Positions 37,526-47,296 are shown, counted from the first letter of the stretch. The stretch is DNA of 64,000 nucleotides from Patescibacteria group bacterium (GCA_050943115.1 JBMNON010000005.1:369-64368), one strand, 5' to 3'. Numbers and translations: made by a program. The notes: generated by a model not told the origin, from the sequence alone.

Positions 37526-37984
37526 TTATAGATTAAAAACTAATTTTGATGCGAAAGTGGCGGCAAGAAGAATAAAGACGGGGATAATAACTTTTTGGTA
37601 GTAAAATAGGACTTTTCCCTTATTTTTGTAGCGAATATAGCGGTCAATATAAGCTGCTAGGGCCACAGAAAAGAATCCAAGAGTAAGACCGAGGGTGGTC
37701 TTGTGAATACCAAAAGGAAGATCAAGAGCCATACCAAGCTGATCGGTGGCGGCAAAGTAGAATAAGGTAAAAACATAAAAAAGAAAAGAAAGGATGAGAG
37801 GATAACTAAGAAGTTTAATCTTAAATTTGGGAGCCAACCAGTAAGCGACGGCGGTGTTGAAGGCCGATATCCAAATGGCTATCAGCAAATCATCAATACC
37901 AAGTTTTTGAGCCAGGAACATACCGCCACCGACAGTAACGATACAAACAGGGCATTGGGCAAGGACGGGTTTTGCGAGAAACAT
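37526..37984 (-). CDS. membrane protein with N-terminal CPVC
   Basis: AQCPVCIV then about 4 TMs; 1-3 nt gaps to neighbours. Confidence 0.75.
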   Translation of the reverse strand: MFLAKPVLAQCPVCIVTVGGGMFLAQKLGIDDLLIAIWISAFNTAVAYWLAPKFKIKLLSYPLILSFLFYVFTLFYFAATDQLGMALDLPFGIHKTTLGLTLGFFSVALAAYIDRYIRYKNKGKVLFYYQKVIIPVFILLAATFASKLVFNL

Positions 37985-37985
37985 A

Positions 37986-38351
37986 TTATTTAATTTTTAT
38001 ATTAATATTTGATTTTTGGGCACTTGCCAAAAAGCGGGTAACGGCCAGTTGCCCATAAGAATGGAACAGGCGACTGTATAAATCATCCAAACATTCAGTG
38101 GCAAAGGCGACCTTGTCAATTTTTGGACAATAAAAATAGACTTTTCCTTTGGGTTGGCGCTTGAGAATATCCTTGTCGGTCATCCTTTTTAGGACAGTCA
38201 TGACGGTAGTATAAGCATAGTGTTTTTCCAATTTGCGACGAACCTCAGAAGGTTTAAGAGGATTTGGCGATTCCCAGAGAATATCCATAATTTGTTGTTC
38301 TAAGGTTCCAAGAAGTTTGCATTTAGCAGTGCAATGACAATCGCATTTCAT
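37986..38351 (-). CDS. BlaI/MecI/CopY-family repressor with Cys-rich N-terminus
   Basis: LGTLEQQIMDILW, AYTTVMTVLKRM..K.IL.R; MKCDCHCTAKC. Confidence 0.92.
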   Translation of the reverse strand: MKCDCHCTAKCKLLGTLEQQIMDILWESPNPLKPSEVRRKLEKHYAYTTVMTVLKRMTDKDILKRQPKGKVYFYCPKIDKVAFATECLDDLYSRLFHSYGQLAVTRFLASAQKSNINIKIK

Positions 38352-38365
38352 AAGGTTGATATTAC

Positions 38366-38375
38366 TACATTTGTA
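38366..38375. promoter_or_regulatory. CopY/BlaI operator TACA-TT-TGTA
   Basis: Exact match to the TACAnnTGTA family consensus, about 15 nt upstream of the repressor start. Confidence 0.85.
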
Positions 38376-38409
38376 ACACTTTGGGAATAGGTGTCATATA
38401 ATTTAGGCA

Positions 38410-38943
38410 ATGACGGATGAAAAAATTGTATCAAAGATCCAGAAAGGGAACATTGCAGACTACAAAACAATAATGGAGCGATACGAGAAGCAACTTTTTG
38501 TATATATTGTCCGATTGATAAATAGGAATGATGAAGAGGCGGAGGAATTATTGGAAGAAGTATTTATCAATAGTTATGAAAAAATTCAAAGCTTTGATTG
38601 CAGAAAGAAGTTTTCAACGTGGATTTATCGAATAGCCCACAATAAGGCGGTAGACTATATTAGAGCCAGTAAAAGAAGGAGGTGGGGAGATGTTTTGGAA
38701 AAAGAAGAATTTTGGGCAGAAGAAGGCAGCTTGATCGAGGATTTGGAAATTGAAAAAGAGGAAAGAAGGAGGGTACGCAAGTCAGTTTTAGACTTAGAAC
38801 AAAAATATAGAGAAGTAATTTGGCTCTATTACTTTGAAAATAAAAGCTATGAAGAAATGTCGGATATTCTTCATAAAACGACAAGTAATATCGGAGTTCT
38901 TCTTCATAGAGCTAAAATAATGTTAAAAAATAAACTAGAATGA
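38410..38943 (+). CDS. ECF RNA polymerase sigma factor
   Basis: AEELLEEVF, FSTWIYRIAHN..VD, region 4 YFENKSYEEMS..L......V.LHRAK. Confidence 0.93.
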   Translation: MTDEKIVSKIQKGNIADYKTIMERYEKQLFVYIVRLINRNDEEAEELLEEVFINSYEKIQSFDCRKKFSTWIYRIAHNKAVDYIRASKRRRWGDVLEKEEFWAEEGSLIEDLEIEKEERRRVRKSVLDLEQKYREVIWLYYFENKSYEEMSDILHKTTSNIGVLLHRAKIMLKNKLE

Positions 38944-39368
38944 TGACAAAAATTAAACATACGGTATTAAAAAAAATTAAAAGCGGTCAGATTAAAATGA
39001 AAGCAAGGTGGAAATTTGATGTGGAAAGATCAAGTATATATGGATTGTTGACAGTGTCAATCCTAGCATTAGGAATAATACTAAACGGAGTTGTGTACAC
39101 AACATTATTAAAAAACCCAATGGAGCTTTGGGAATATGGCGAGGTGGGACGGGTAATTTTTTGGTCCGGACTTCCCTATTGGTGGATGTTGGGAATCGGC
39201 TTATTAGTTGCCAGTTTAATTGGAGCAACGACTAGAACCGGTGAAAACTATAAAAGGGGGTTGAAAAAAGTTAGCCTGTTAACAGGACTACTAATAATGG
39301 CGGCAAGCATCGCCGCGTTTTTAGTGTTGAAACAATTTGAGCTTGAAGTGCTTCTGTGGTTTACCTAA
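38940..39368 (+). CDS. membrane protein, possible anti-sigma factor
   Basis: Overlaps the sigma stop; three TMs. Confidence 0.65.
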   Translation: MMTKIKHTVLKKIKSGQIKMKARWKFDVERSSIYGLLTVSILALGIILNGVVYTTLLKNPMELWEYGEVGRVIFWSGLPYWWMLGIGLLVASLIGATTRTGENYKRGLKKVSLLTGLLIMAASIAAFLVLKQFELEVLLWFT

Positions 39369-39642
39369 GTTGTTTTTCCAGTTCGGAGAAATCATCTTCA
39401 AAAGAGTCTTCCTCTAAATTTTCTAAAATATCCAACAGCTGTTCATCGGATTGAACCTTGTCAAGGGAACTGGTCGGACTCGGACTAGACTGGTTAGTTT
39501 GAGCCGATGAACCAGCCTGGTTGGGCTGAAAAGATTCGGTTTTGGAGGTAGAAGCCGCACCAGAATTAGTATTGGGATTCGAACAAGCTGCAAATAGAAA
39601 AGGTGAAACTGCTAAAAAGGCAAATGTCAGTAAGTGTTTCAT
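39361..39642 (-). CDS. small lipoprotein-like protein
   Basis: Lipobox-like LFAAC, Ser/Thr-rich linker, acidic tail. Confidence 0.65.
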   Translation of the reverse strand: MKHLLTFAFLAVSPFLFAACSNPNTNSGAASTSKTESFQPNQAGSSAQTNQSSPSPTSSLDKVQSDEQLLDILENLEEDSFEDDFSELEKQLR

Positions 39643-39658
39643 AAAATATTACAACAAG

Positions 39659-39682
39659 GCTGCCTCCATTTTTGGAGGCAGC
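39659..39682. terminator. strong hairpin between two minus-strand genes
   Basis: GCTGCCTCCA-TTTT-TGGAGGCAGC, 10-bp perfect stem. Confidence 0.65.
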
Positions 39683-39688
39683 TAACAA

Positions 39689-40330
39689 TTAATCTTGGAC
39701 TCTAACCATTAACCTAACAGCTTCTATTTGAACTTGACGAATCTGTTTTATATCTCCTTTGATAGTGTTGGCTGACTGCCTGAGTGAGGAGATCAGAGAA
39801 ATAGGGTTGTTTGAATCCAAAACATCATCTAAAAGGGCATCGAAGTCAATGAGATGATTGCGGTAAGTGGCTTCGTATGTCGCAAGGGTAGCGAGTTTGG
39901 CTTCGACACCGGCCATGTCCAGCCCTGCGGATTTCTTTTCGGAAATACGGGACTGAATCTTTTGCTTAATTTCCTGAAGGTTTTGATAACGCTTTTCCAG
40001 ATCTGATTTAATTTTGGAATGGATTCTAGTGACAATGTTAACTTTTAATTCCGAAAGGACTCCCCTCTTTTGTTCCTGGATTTCCTCCCGTTTCTGAGTA
40101 ATAGTGCCACGAAGCTCTCCAGCCTGTTGCCGAATTTCATTTTGAACCTCCTGACGTTCTTGTTTTAACTCATCTTTCGACTGCTGGTACTGTTCATTGA
40201 GCTGTTGACGGGTTTGAACCGGGCTAATTGTAGGTATTAATGAGGGTGCCGGGGTTGAAGCCTGACCTAAGGCTGGAGAAGCGGAAAACAACAGCAATAG
40301 AGTAAGAATCATTAGTGTTTGTTTTTTCAT
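39689..40330 (-). CDS. secreted coiled-coil protein
   Basis: Signal peptide, Pro/Thr linker, Q/E/K-rich helices. Confidence 0.75.
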   Translation of the reverse strand: MKKQTLMILTLLLLFSASPALGQASTPAPSLIPTISPVQTRQQLNEQYQQSKDELKQERQEVQNEIRQQAGELRGTITQKREEIQEQKRGVLSELKVNIVTRIHSKIKSDLEKRYQNLQEIKQKIQSRISEKKSAGLDMAGVEAKLATLATYEATYRNHLIDFDALLDDVLDSNNPISLISSLRQSANTIKGDIKQIRQVQIEAVRLMVRVQD

Positions 40331-40359
40331 TTAGAGAAAAATTGTTAACTTATTAATAA

Positions 40360-40385
40360 TACGAGGTTAAGGCTTGATTATTACA
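40360..40385 (-). promoter_or_regulatory. ECF-type promoter candidate TGTAAT-N16-CGTA
   Basis: Spacing and sequence resemble SigW/SigX-type promoters; 30 nt upstream of the 213-aa gene near the ECF sigma. Confidence 0.5.
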
Positions 40386-41232
40386 GTTTTTGGCATACAG
40401 GACAGAAAAAGGAAGAGCGTCCGTTAATTTTTTGCCTCTTTATGGGAGTTTGGCAACGAGGACAAGGTTCGTTTTCCTTTTGATAGACCCGAAAGTGGTA
40501 TTGGTGAGAACCATAAGAACCATCGGGGCGAATATACTTATTGTCCCGGGCGGTAGAACCACCATGGTCGATTGATTCCCTAATGAGCAGGAGAATGTTT
40601 GAGTGAAGTTTTTTAGCTTCATTAAGGGAGACTTGATTGGACGGAGTAAGAGGATGAATATGAGAAAGAAAAAGAGCGTCATTGGCATAAATATTGCCAA
40701 TACCGGCGAACTTGGTTTGATCTAATAAAACGGTTTTTACGGGTCTGGTAGATGTTTGTAGCTGATTATAAAAATACTTCGGAGTAAACTTTGGATCAAG
40801 AAGATCGAATCCCAAGGACTGTTGTTCCCGATGAAGATCGCTTTGAGTCAGAAGTTTGATCCAGCCAAATTTACGCTGATCGTTAAAAAAGATTTTTGAA
40901 GCATCAGAGAAAGTAAATATAACCCTGGTGGATTTGTTAGGCAAAGGCGCTTGATTGAGATTGGGTGTAGGATGGCCAAGAATAGTCTTGCTTTGGTGAA
41001 GATACACCAGTTGGCCAGTCATTTTGAAATGGAAGAGTAAAACGAGATTATCAGAAAGATGAAGAGTGAGATGCTTACCAATCCGTGAAATGGAGATAAT
41101 AGACCTGCCTATTAATTTTTGCGGATCTCCCCAAAAAGATTTGGAATTAAGAATCTTGACATCGGTAAAACTTAAACCAATTTGGTGGAGCAGAAATCGG
41201 CGTATAACCTCTACTTCCGGTAATTCAGGCAT
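40381..41232 (-). CDS. mutM: formamidopyrimidine-DNA glycosylase
   Basis: MPELPEVE, HFKMTGQL, DQRKFG, AGIGNIYAND, C-terminal zinc finger CPRC...CPVCQ. Confidence 0.97.
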   Translation of the reverse strand: MPELPEVEVIRRFLLHQIGLSFTDVKILNSKSFWGDPQKLIGRSIISISRIGKHLTLHLSDNLVLLFHFKMTGQLVYLHQSKTILGHPTPNLNQAPLPNKSTRVIFTFSDASKIFFNDQRKFGWIKLLTQSDLHREQQSLGFDLLDPKFTPKYFYNQLQTSTRPVKTVLLDQTKFAGIGNIYANDALFLSHIHPLTPSNQVSLNEAKKLHSNILLLIRESIDHGGSTARDNKYIRPDGSYGSHQYHFRVYQKENEPCPRCQTPIKRQKINGRSSFFCPVCQKL

Positions 41233-41239
41233 AAATTAA

Positions 41240-42163
41240 TTATCTCATGAAGTCATTAAGGCCAACCGACATGAGGTATTTGCTATCGGCTAACCGACTA
41301 AGGGCAACTTTGGTGTCAGCCAAACGGTCTTTAACACTACTAAGATTATTTAGAAAGACTTGTGTAGAGGTGACATAACCCATGATAAGGACAAGGTCAG
41401 AAATTTGTTTTTGGTCAGACTGGACCTGGTGGATTAAGTAAAAAAGAATGATGGTATAAAAACTGACAGCGATATTTTGGAGAGAAAACCATTCGACAAA
41501 ACCCCAACGACAAAGTTTCTTAAAATGATTAGTAAACTCCAAAGATTCTTTTTTAATCCGATTAGAATCCTGAAGTTTGGCGTAATATACTTCTGTTTTT
41601 TGATTCTGGACATCCTTCAGTTTGGTATATTTTTCTGTGGTGTAGACATCGACAAAGTAATAAGTGACGATATAGGCAATTTCCAAAATAAAAATCCTAA
41701 TATCGATAAATAAGAGGATGGTGGGAACAACGGCAAAAGAAACAACGGCATCAATTCCAGGTTGGCGAATTAGTTCAAGGGTGGTTCTAACAGCTTCACC
41801 AAAATTGCGAATGGCCTGAACAACTTCATGGCGGATTTTTTTATTGTAGGTTTTAAGACCAATAATCATGAACTGGTGAATACCAAGTTCAGTTTGGCTA
41901 ATTATGCTATTAAGACTATGAATAGAAAGGAGTCGACTTAGATTGTCGAAGATAAAAACGGAAATTATGGCAGTTATCAAAAGATAAATCTGATCGAGAC
42001 TGGCGCCAGTTTCGAGATATTTTATTACCCGGGAGTAAAGATAGATCGAGAGCATGGGGAAAAGAGCAGAAATGAAGCGAATAAGAACCCAAAAGAAAAA
42101 GCTATTTTTATGGCAAACCAATTTTAGAATGAAACGAATTATTTCTCTGGTTTCGCGGGTCAT
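41240..42163 (-). CDS. ABC-exporter-like transmembrane domain without ATPase
   Basis: About 6 TMs in exporter-type spacing (ISDLVLIMGY); no Walker motifs. Confidence 0.55.
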   Translation of the reverse strand: MTRETREIIRFILKLVCHKNSFFFWVLIRFISALFPMLSIYLYSRVIKYLETGASLDQIYLLITAIISVFIFDNLSRLLSIHSLNSIISQTELGIHQFMIIGLKTYNKKIRHEVVQAIRNFGEAVRTTLELIRQPGIDAVVSFAVVPTILLFIDIRIFILEIAYIVTYYFVDVYTTEKYTKLKDVQNQKTEVYYAKLQDSNRIKKESLEFTNHFKKLCRWGFVEWFSLQNIAVSFYTIILFYLIHQVQSDQKQISDLVLIMGYVTSTQVFLNNLSSVKDRLADTKVALSRLADSKYLMSVGLNDFMR

Positions 42164-42228
42164 AGGATTTTTTGTATGATTAATGATATATGATTTGGAA
42201 AAGACTTTTAAAGTGAGATAATTGGACT

Positions 42229-43182
42229 ATGCAAAGCAAAATAATATATGACACAGTTATTATCGGATCCGGTCCAGCAGGACTAACAGCGTCTATATAC
42301 AATGCCAGGGCTGACATAAAAACCATAGTGGTAGCCGGATACCAGCCAGGAGGGCAGCTTACGATAACAACAGTAGTGGAAAACTTTCCCGGCTTTGTGA
42401 ATGGTATTGGTGGGGTGAAACTTATGATGGACATGCAAGAGCAAGCAAAAAGACTTGGGGTGGAGTTTACCAACGGTTTGGTTGATGAGGTGAGAAAGGA
42501 AGGAAAAGAGTTTGTCACTAAATTAAAAGACGGACGGGAATTAAGATCAAGAGCAGTGATTGTGGCAACAGGAGCCAAGGCAAGGTGGCTGGGAATAGAG
42601 AATGAAGACAGGTTAATTGGGCGAGGGATTAGCGGATGTGCTACCTGCGATGGAGCTTTTTTCCGGGATAAGCGAGTGGCGGTGGTGGGTGGTGGAAACG
42701 CAGCAGTGGAAGAGGCCAGTTTCTTAACAAAATTTGCCAAGAAAGTTTATTTAATACACCGAAGAGACCAGTTAAGGGCCAGTGCCATAGAAAGAAAAAG
42801 AGTGGAAAACAATCCAAAAATTGAAATATGGTGGAATACTGAAGTAAAAGAATTAATCGGGCAAGAAAAGCTGGAGAGGATAAGGGTTGAGAACAACATA
42901 AGCGGAAAGATAAAGGAAGTACCAATGGATGGTATGTTTGTGGCCATAGGGCATCTACCGGCAACAGATTTTGTGAAGGAATTGGTGGATTTAACAGAAA
43001 CCGGACACATTATTACCGGTGAAGACAGGCGGTTTAGAACAATGTCCAGTAGAGCCGGGATATTTGCTGCGGGCGACTGTGCTGATTCCATATATCGACA
43101 AGCGGTGGTAGCCGCCGGAGAAGGGGCCAAGGCTGCTTTGGATGCAGAAAGATGGATAGGAGAACAGGTAATGCAGGGATAA
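42229..43182 (+). CDS. trxB: thioredoxin reductase
   Basis: IIGSGPAG, GGQL, ENFPG, CATCDG, VGGGN, HRR, FAAGD. Confidence 0.97.
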   Translation: MQSKIIYDTVIIGSGPAGLTASIYNARADIKTIVVAGYQPGGQLTITTVVENFPGFVNGIGGVKLMMDMQEQAKRLGVEFTNGLVDEVRKEGKEFVTKLKDGRELRSRAVIVATGAKARWLGIENEDRLIGRGISGCATCDGAFFRDKRVAVVGGGNAAVEEASFLTKFAKKVYLIHRRDQLRASAIERKRVENNPKIEIWWNTEVKELIGQEKLERIRVENNISGKIKEVPMDGMFVAIGHLPATDFVKELVDLTETGHIITGEDRRFRTMSSRAGIFAAGDCADSIYRQAVVAAGEGAKAALDAERWIGEQVMQG

Positions 43183-43186
43183 GCAG

Positions 43187-43792
43187 TTATTTAAAAAGAA
43201 TGAGGGTAAAGTCGAGCGGATCATAGTGTTGCTTGAAAATAATATTGGAAGTCAAGTTAAGACAATAATTGAAGATATCGCAAGAATCAACGTAGTAGAC
43301 CCTGGAATATTTGCTGTTGTTTGGCTGAGGATGGTAGCCTGCCATATTAAAAGCCAGGGCGTATGAAGTATGATCAAACATAGTTTTAATATATTGCTGA
43401 CGATAAGTCAGGGTGTTAACACCCTGGTTGTAATTAAGACAGCCTGAAGCAACAACAACATCAAAGACAGTATCGAGAGGGTTTTCAAAATAATTTAATT
43501 CAAGGAATCGATAATTAGGATAATTTTTTTGTGCTTGAGAAATAAATTCAGGAACAATATCAACTCCGAGATAGGAAAATTTTTCAGTTTGGCTTTTTAT
43601 GACATCAACAAAACTGCCCAGGCCTGATCCTACATCAAGCACAGATTTGTTTTTAAAATCAAGAGAGTCGATCATCTGAACAAAACGAACATCCATGGAA
43701 TGCCGACTTGTCCACTGGAGGGACTTGGGGTTGTTACCATACTGCTGGTAAGCGCGCTGATAGTCTTTTTTACGATCGTCAAAGGTATACAT
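43187..43792 (-). CDS. class I SAM-dependent methyltransferase
   Basis: VLDVGSGLG, YLGVDI, FDVVVASG. Confidence 0.88.
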   Translation of the reverse strand: MYTFDDRKKDYQRAYQQYGNNPKSLQWTSRHSMDVRFVQMIDSLDFKNKSVLDVGSGLGSFVDVIKSQTEKFSYLGVDIVPEFISQAQKNYPNYRFLELNYFENPLDTVFDVVVASGCLNYNQGVNTLTYRQQYIKTMFDHTSYALAFNMAGYHPQPNNSKYSRVYYVDSCDIFNYCLNLTSNIIFKQHYDPLDFTLILFK

Positions 43793-43937
43793 GGAAAGGA
43801 TGGGATTATATTTAGTAATTATACCTATGCAGGTGTTCTAAGGCAAGATTTGATGTGTTAAAGCACTAGCTACTACATCGCAAAAGCTAAAAATGGCCGC
43901 GACCAAGCAGTGAAGATACCTATAAACATCGTTTGAG

Positions 43938-44204
43938 TTAAGAGTTTTTCTTTGACCAGGACTTTAAGGTATCAAGCCGCTGCCCATTATCCCCATGCTC
44001 TTTATCAAAAGCAAACGATTTTAGGAGTTGACAGGGAAAGTCAGGACAAAAGCCGCAGTGAGGCAGATTACGACTGATACAACAAAGGGCAACACGGCAT
44101 GCTCCGTGAAAAGGCTGACCGCGACTAGCAAGGCATCCTGGGCAGCCAGTTTTATCTTTATAAGAACAATCAGAACAGGTGAGACCACAGTAAGATTGGA
44201 TCAT
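43938..44204 (-). CDS. DUF3795-family Cys-rich protein
   Basis: SYCGLTCSDC...CPGC...C.VALCC...HCGFCPDFPC. Confidence 0.85.
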   Translation of the reverse strand: MIQSYCGLTCSDCSYKDKTGCPGCLASRGQPFHGACRVALCCISRNLPHCGFCPDFPCQLLKSFAFDKEHGDNGQRLDTLKSWSKKNS

Positions 44205-45370
44205 ATGGTTTTTTGGGGTTGAGGATACTGTTTAATTGAGTTATTAACAAGATCGGAAATCTGCTGACTAAAAAACTTAGTGGAAAAAAGAGCAGCGCGG
44301 GAAAAGCAGTTCTGGGGAGAAATTTCTGTATGATTTAGGCGTTTTATAGCTTCAGCACACGACGCTGAAGATAACTGATTAAAGAATATGCCGGTTCGAC
44401 CGTCGATAACAGTTTCAGCAACTCCCCCACTTTTGTAAGCAACAACGGGGCAACCATATGCCATGGACTCAACGGGGATAATGCCGAAATCTTCATTGTC
44501 GGAGCAAAAAATAAAGGCTTTGGCGTTCCGGTAAAGATCAGCTTTTTGTTGGTCAGTAACTTCACCCAAAAACTCAACTGTAGGACCCGCCAGGGCTTCA
44601 AGTTCTGACTGAAATCCGGCAAAATCCCGACCAAATACTTTAAGAGGGGCACGAAGCAAGTTACAAGCTTGAATAGCAACATCGTAACGTTTTGCCCGAG
44701 CTAAGCGACCACCAGTTAAATAATAAGGTTTTGTTGAAGGAGTATTAGAAGGTCGAGGTACGAGTGAAGATGGCAGCTTTACTGGTGGATTAATGATCAG
44801 GGCTTGTTTACGATAAAATTTTTGAATACGAAGAGCGGTGGTTTTTGAGTTGGCAATAAACTGATCAACATTTTGGGCAGAACGAAAATCAAGCAAACGG
44901 AGGAAGTGGTTGGCCAGTTTCATTAAAATAAAGACCAGTCGGTTTCGGGTAAAATTACGGGCGGTAGGAAGACCGTAAAGATAGCGAGGAGGAGTGTGAC
45001 AATAACAAATTAGTTGAGCTTGTTTTTTGTTCAAGGAATTGGGAAAATAGGCACCGGTGGCAGAAGTAATAATAAGATCAAAGCCGGAAAAATCAAAAGA
45101 TTTGAAGGCTAGATGAGAAAAAAGCCGTAGTGGACTGATGAGTCTGGAGGCAAAAGGAATAAGGCGGAAAAAGCTTTGGTGAATGCGGCCCTGCCATTTT
45201 TTTTCCAAACGAGATCGATGCGGGCCCAAGTACTTAGGGGTGTAAAGAGTGGTATAAATTGGAGCGTCAGGGAAGATGTCAGAAAGAACCTCAAGAACCG
45301 ACTCTGCCCCACCAAACTCTTTGAGGTAATCATGGACAAGAGCTATTTTTAGTTTTGGTTTTACAGGCAT
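44201..45370 (-). CDS. GT4 glycosyltransferase
   Basis: ALVHDYL..FGGAE, YCHTPPR, EDFGIIPVESMAYG; ATG at 45370. Confidence 0.93.
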   Translation of the reverse strand: MPVKPKLKIALVHDYLKEFGGAESVLEVLSDIFPDAPIYTTLYTPKYLGPHRSRLEKKWQGRIHQSFFRLIPFASRLISPLRLFSHLAFKSFDFSGFDLIITSATGAYFPNSLNKKQAQLICYCHTPPRYLYGLPTARNFTRNRLVFILMKLANHFLRLLDFRSAQNVDQFIANSKTTALRIQKFYRKQALIINPPVKLPSSLVPRPSNTPSTKPYYLTGGRLARAKRYDVAIQACNLLRAPLKVFGRDFAGFQSELEALAGPTVEFLGEVTDQQKADLYRNAKAFIFCSDNEDFGIIPVESMAYGCPVVAYKSGGVAETVIDGRTGIFFNQLSSASCAEAIKRLNHTEISPQNCFSRAALFSTKFFSQQISDLVNNSIKQYPQPQKTI

Positions 45371-45371
45371 G

Positions 45372-46286
45372 TTAAAAAAGAGACTTTTGATTTGAACTAT
45401 TAGATTTATAGAATTCTTTAGGGAAAATTTTTTTAAGACGGGCAAGGAGGGATTTAAAGTTGTAAAACTTAAATATCGACTCCAATCCTCTGATTTGGTT
45501 TTTAGTAATCCTATAGTTTCTTAACCTAATATCAAGAGGGATGTTATTGATAAGGGTGGCGAGTTTTTGGGAAAGATAAGCATTGTCTTTTTCGGCTTCC
45601 AGTTTTTGAGCCAGAGACGGCTTGAGACTGCCAAGATTGGCATATATGTTATCAAGGGTATGGTACTGAACCAAGAGATCGGAAGCGGTTTTAGGACCAA
45701 TGCCGGCTACCCCGGGATAATTATCAGACATATCCCCCATCAGAGCTTTCAAATCGACAACCTGACCAGGAACAACACCAAGTTTGTCCTTAACGAAAGA
45801 AGGGTTAATTTCCTGTGTTTGAGACAGACCACGAAGCGGCATAATCAGATGCGTTTTATTATCCACCAACTGCATTAAATCCTTGTCTCCGGTAACTATT
45901 AGAACTTTATCGAGTTTGGCCTTAGGAGATAATTTTTGGGTAGCGGTAGCAATGAGATCATCGGCTTCAAAACCACCCATCGATAAATTGGGAATAGAGG
46001 CATCTACCAGAGAGCTTTTGAGCAAGGGAAGTTGGGCTATAAGGCTTTGATCAGGAATTTTCCTCTTGGCGCGATACCCAATAAACTCCTGACTCCTAAA
46101 GGTAGGGCCGGGAGAATCAAGACAAACAAGTAAATACTTGGGGCTGAGAGTATCCAGAGCTGCTAAAAGCATTGAATAAAAACCATAAATAGCATTTACA
46201 GGCTGACCATTTGAAGTCAGCGGAGGCATGGAATAATAGGCGCGGTGGATTATGGCATGACCATCAATGATTAGAAGCCGAGACAT
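45372..46286 (-). CDS. stand-alone 5'-3' exonuclease (PolA N-terminal domain)
   Basis: IIDG...RAYY, EADD, TGDKD, GDMSDNYPGVAGIGPKTA; no polymerase domain. Confidence 0.93.
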   Translation of the reverse strand: MSRLLIIDGHAIIHRAYYSMPPLTSNGQPVNAIYGFYSMLLAALDTLSPKYLLVCLDSPGPTFRSQEFIGYRAKRKIPDQSLIAQLPLLKSSLVDASIPNLSMGGFEADDLIATATQKLSPKAKLDKVLIVTGDKDLMQLVDNKTHLIMPLRGLSQTQEINPSFVKDKLGVVPGQVVDLKALMGDMSDNYPGVAGIGPKTASDLLVQYHTLDNIYANLGSLKPSLAQKLEAEKDNAYLSQKLATLINNIPLDIRLRNYRITKNQIRGLESIFKFYNFKSLLARLKKIFPKEFYKSNSSNQKSLF

Positions 46287-46346
46287 GACATATTATAGTT
46301 GAAAATTGAAATAAAAAATTTGGGCTTAAATTGCTAAAATTAGAAG

Positions 46347-47264
46347 ATGGAACAGCATCCGATTCCTCAGCAAATATCCTCCTATGAATTTAAATTAGTG
46401 GGAGAAATGACGTTAAAGCAGTTTTTTAAAGCTGCGATAGGACTGATAGCGGCGCTTCTAGTTAATGCGACCGGAGTAGTGTTTTTTATTAAATGGCCCT
46501 TAATGATTTTATTTGGAGGAGGAGGGCTATTATTGGCTTTTGTCCCATACGAAGACAGACCGCTGGAAACCTGGCTAATGGCATTTATTAAATCTGTATA
46601 CGCCCCCACAATATATATTTATAGAAAAAAGACCGCTATAAAGCCGGCGACAACGGAGCCAGAACAAAAAAAGGAGGAAAAAGTAAAACCCGAAGAGGAA
46701 GATGGTGAGGTAATTGTAAAAAAGGATAAGAAAAAAGTCGGTGAATTTATCATGTCACTACCATCAGTCAAAAGAGAAAAGAAAGAGACTGAAAGCGAAG
46801 AAGAACCAGTGAAAGCTAAGATGATTGAACTTAAAGAAGACAAAAAAAAGAGTGCCGGAAAGACAGAAAAGACAAAAGAAGAAGCCGTAAAGAGTAACAA
46901 TGAAGAATGGCGTGATCAAAAATCAAACTTAAACCTACAAAGAAGGAAACTTGAGGCAACTGGAGAAGCATCCTTTGGTGAGATTCCCATGCCCGATATT
47001 CCAGAGATCCCAAACGTACTAGTGGGAATGGCTACCGATATTGAGGGAAAGATTGCTGAAGGGGCAATTGTGGAAATACAGGATGATTTAGGCAACCCAA
47101 GCCGGGTACTAAAAACTAATTCCCTGGGGCAGTTTAAAACTTCAACACCATTGGCAAACGGAAGGTACTTAATTATTACAGAAAAAGAAGGCCATAATTT
47201 TGATAGGGTTAATGTGGAGTTGAAGGGGGAAATTGTCCAACCAATTAAAATTATCAGCAAGTAA
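46347..47264 (+). CDS. PrgI-family (VirB3-like) protein with C-terminal prealbumin/carboxypeptidase-regulatory-like domain
   Basis: HPIPQ...EFKLVG.MTLKQF, two TMs, RPLE.W; C-terminal GAIVEI...KTNSLGQF. Confidence 0.85.
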   Translation: MEQHPIPQQISSYEFKLVGEMTLKQFFKAAIGLIAALLVNATGVVFFIKWPLMILFGGGGLLLAFVPYEDRPLETWLMAFIKSVYAPTIYIYRKKTAIKPATTEPEQKKEEKVKPEEEDGEVIVKKDKKKVGEFIMSLPSVKREKKETESEEEPVKAKMIELKEDKKKSAGKTEKTKEEAVKSNNEEWRDQKSNLNLQRRKLEATGEASFGEIPMPDIPEIPNVLVGMATDIEGKIAEGAIVEIQDDLGNPSRVLKTNSLGQFKTSTPLANGRYLIITEKEGHNFDRVNVELKGEIVQPIKIISK

Positions 47265-47296
47265 TCCAGAGTAATTTTGGGTTATCATATTACTAT

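Noticed and set aside
45372-46286. Truncated polA pseudogene
   Set aside because: Clean ORF with complete exonuclease motifs and a proper stop abutting the next gene; stand-alone 5'-3' exonucleases are an established family.
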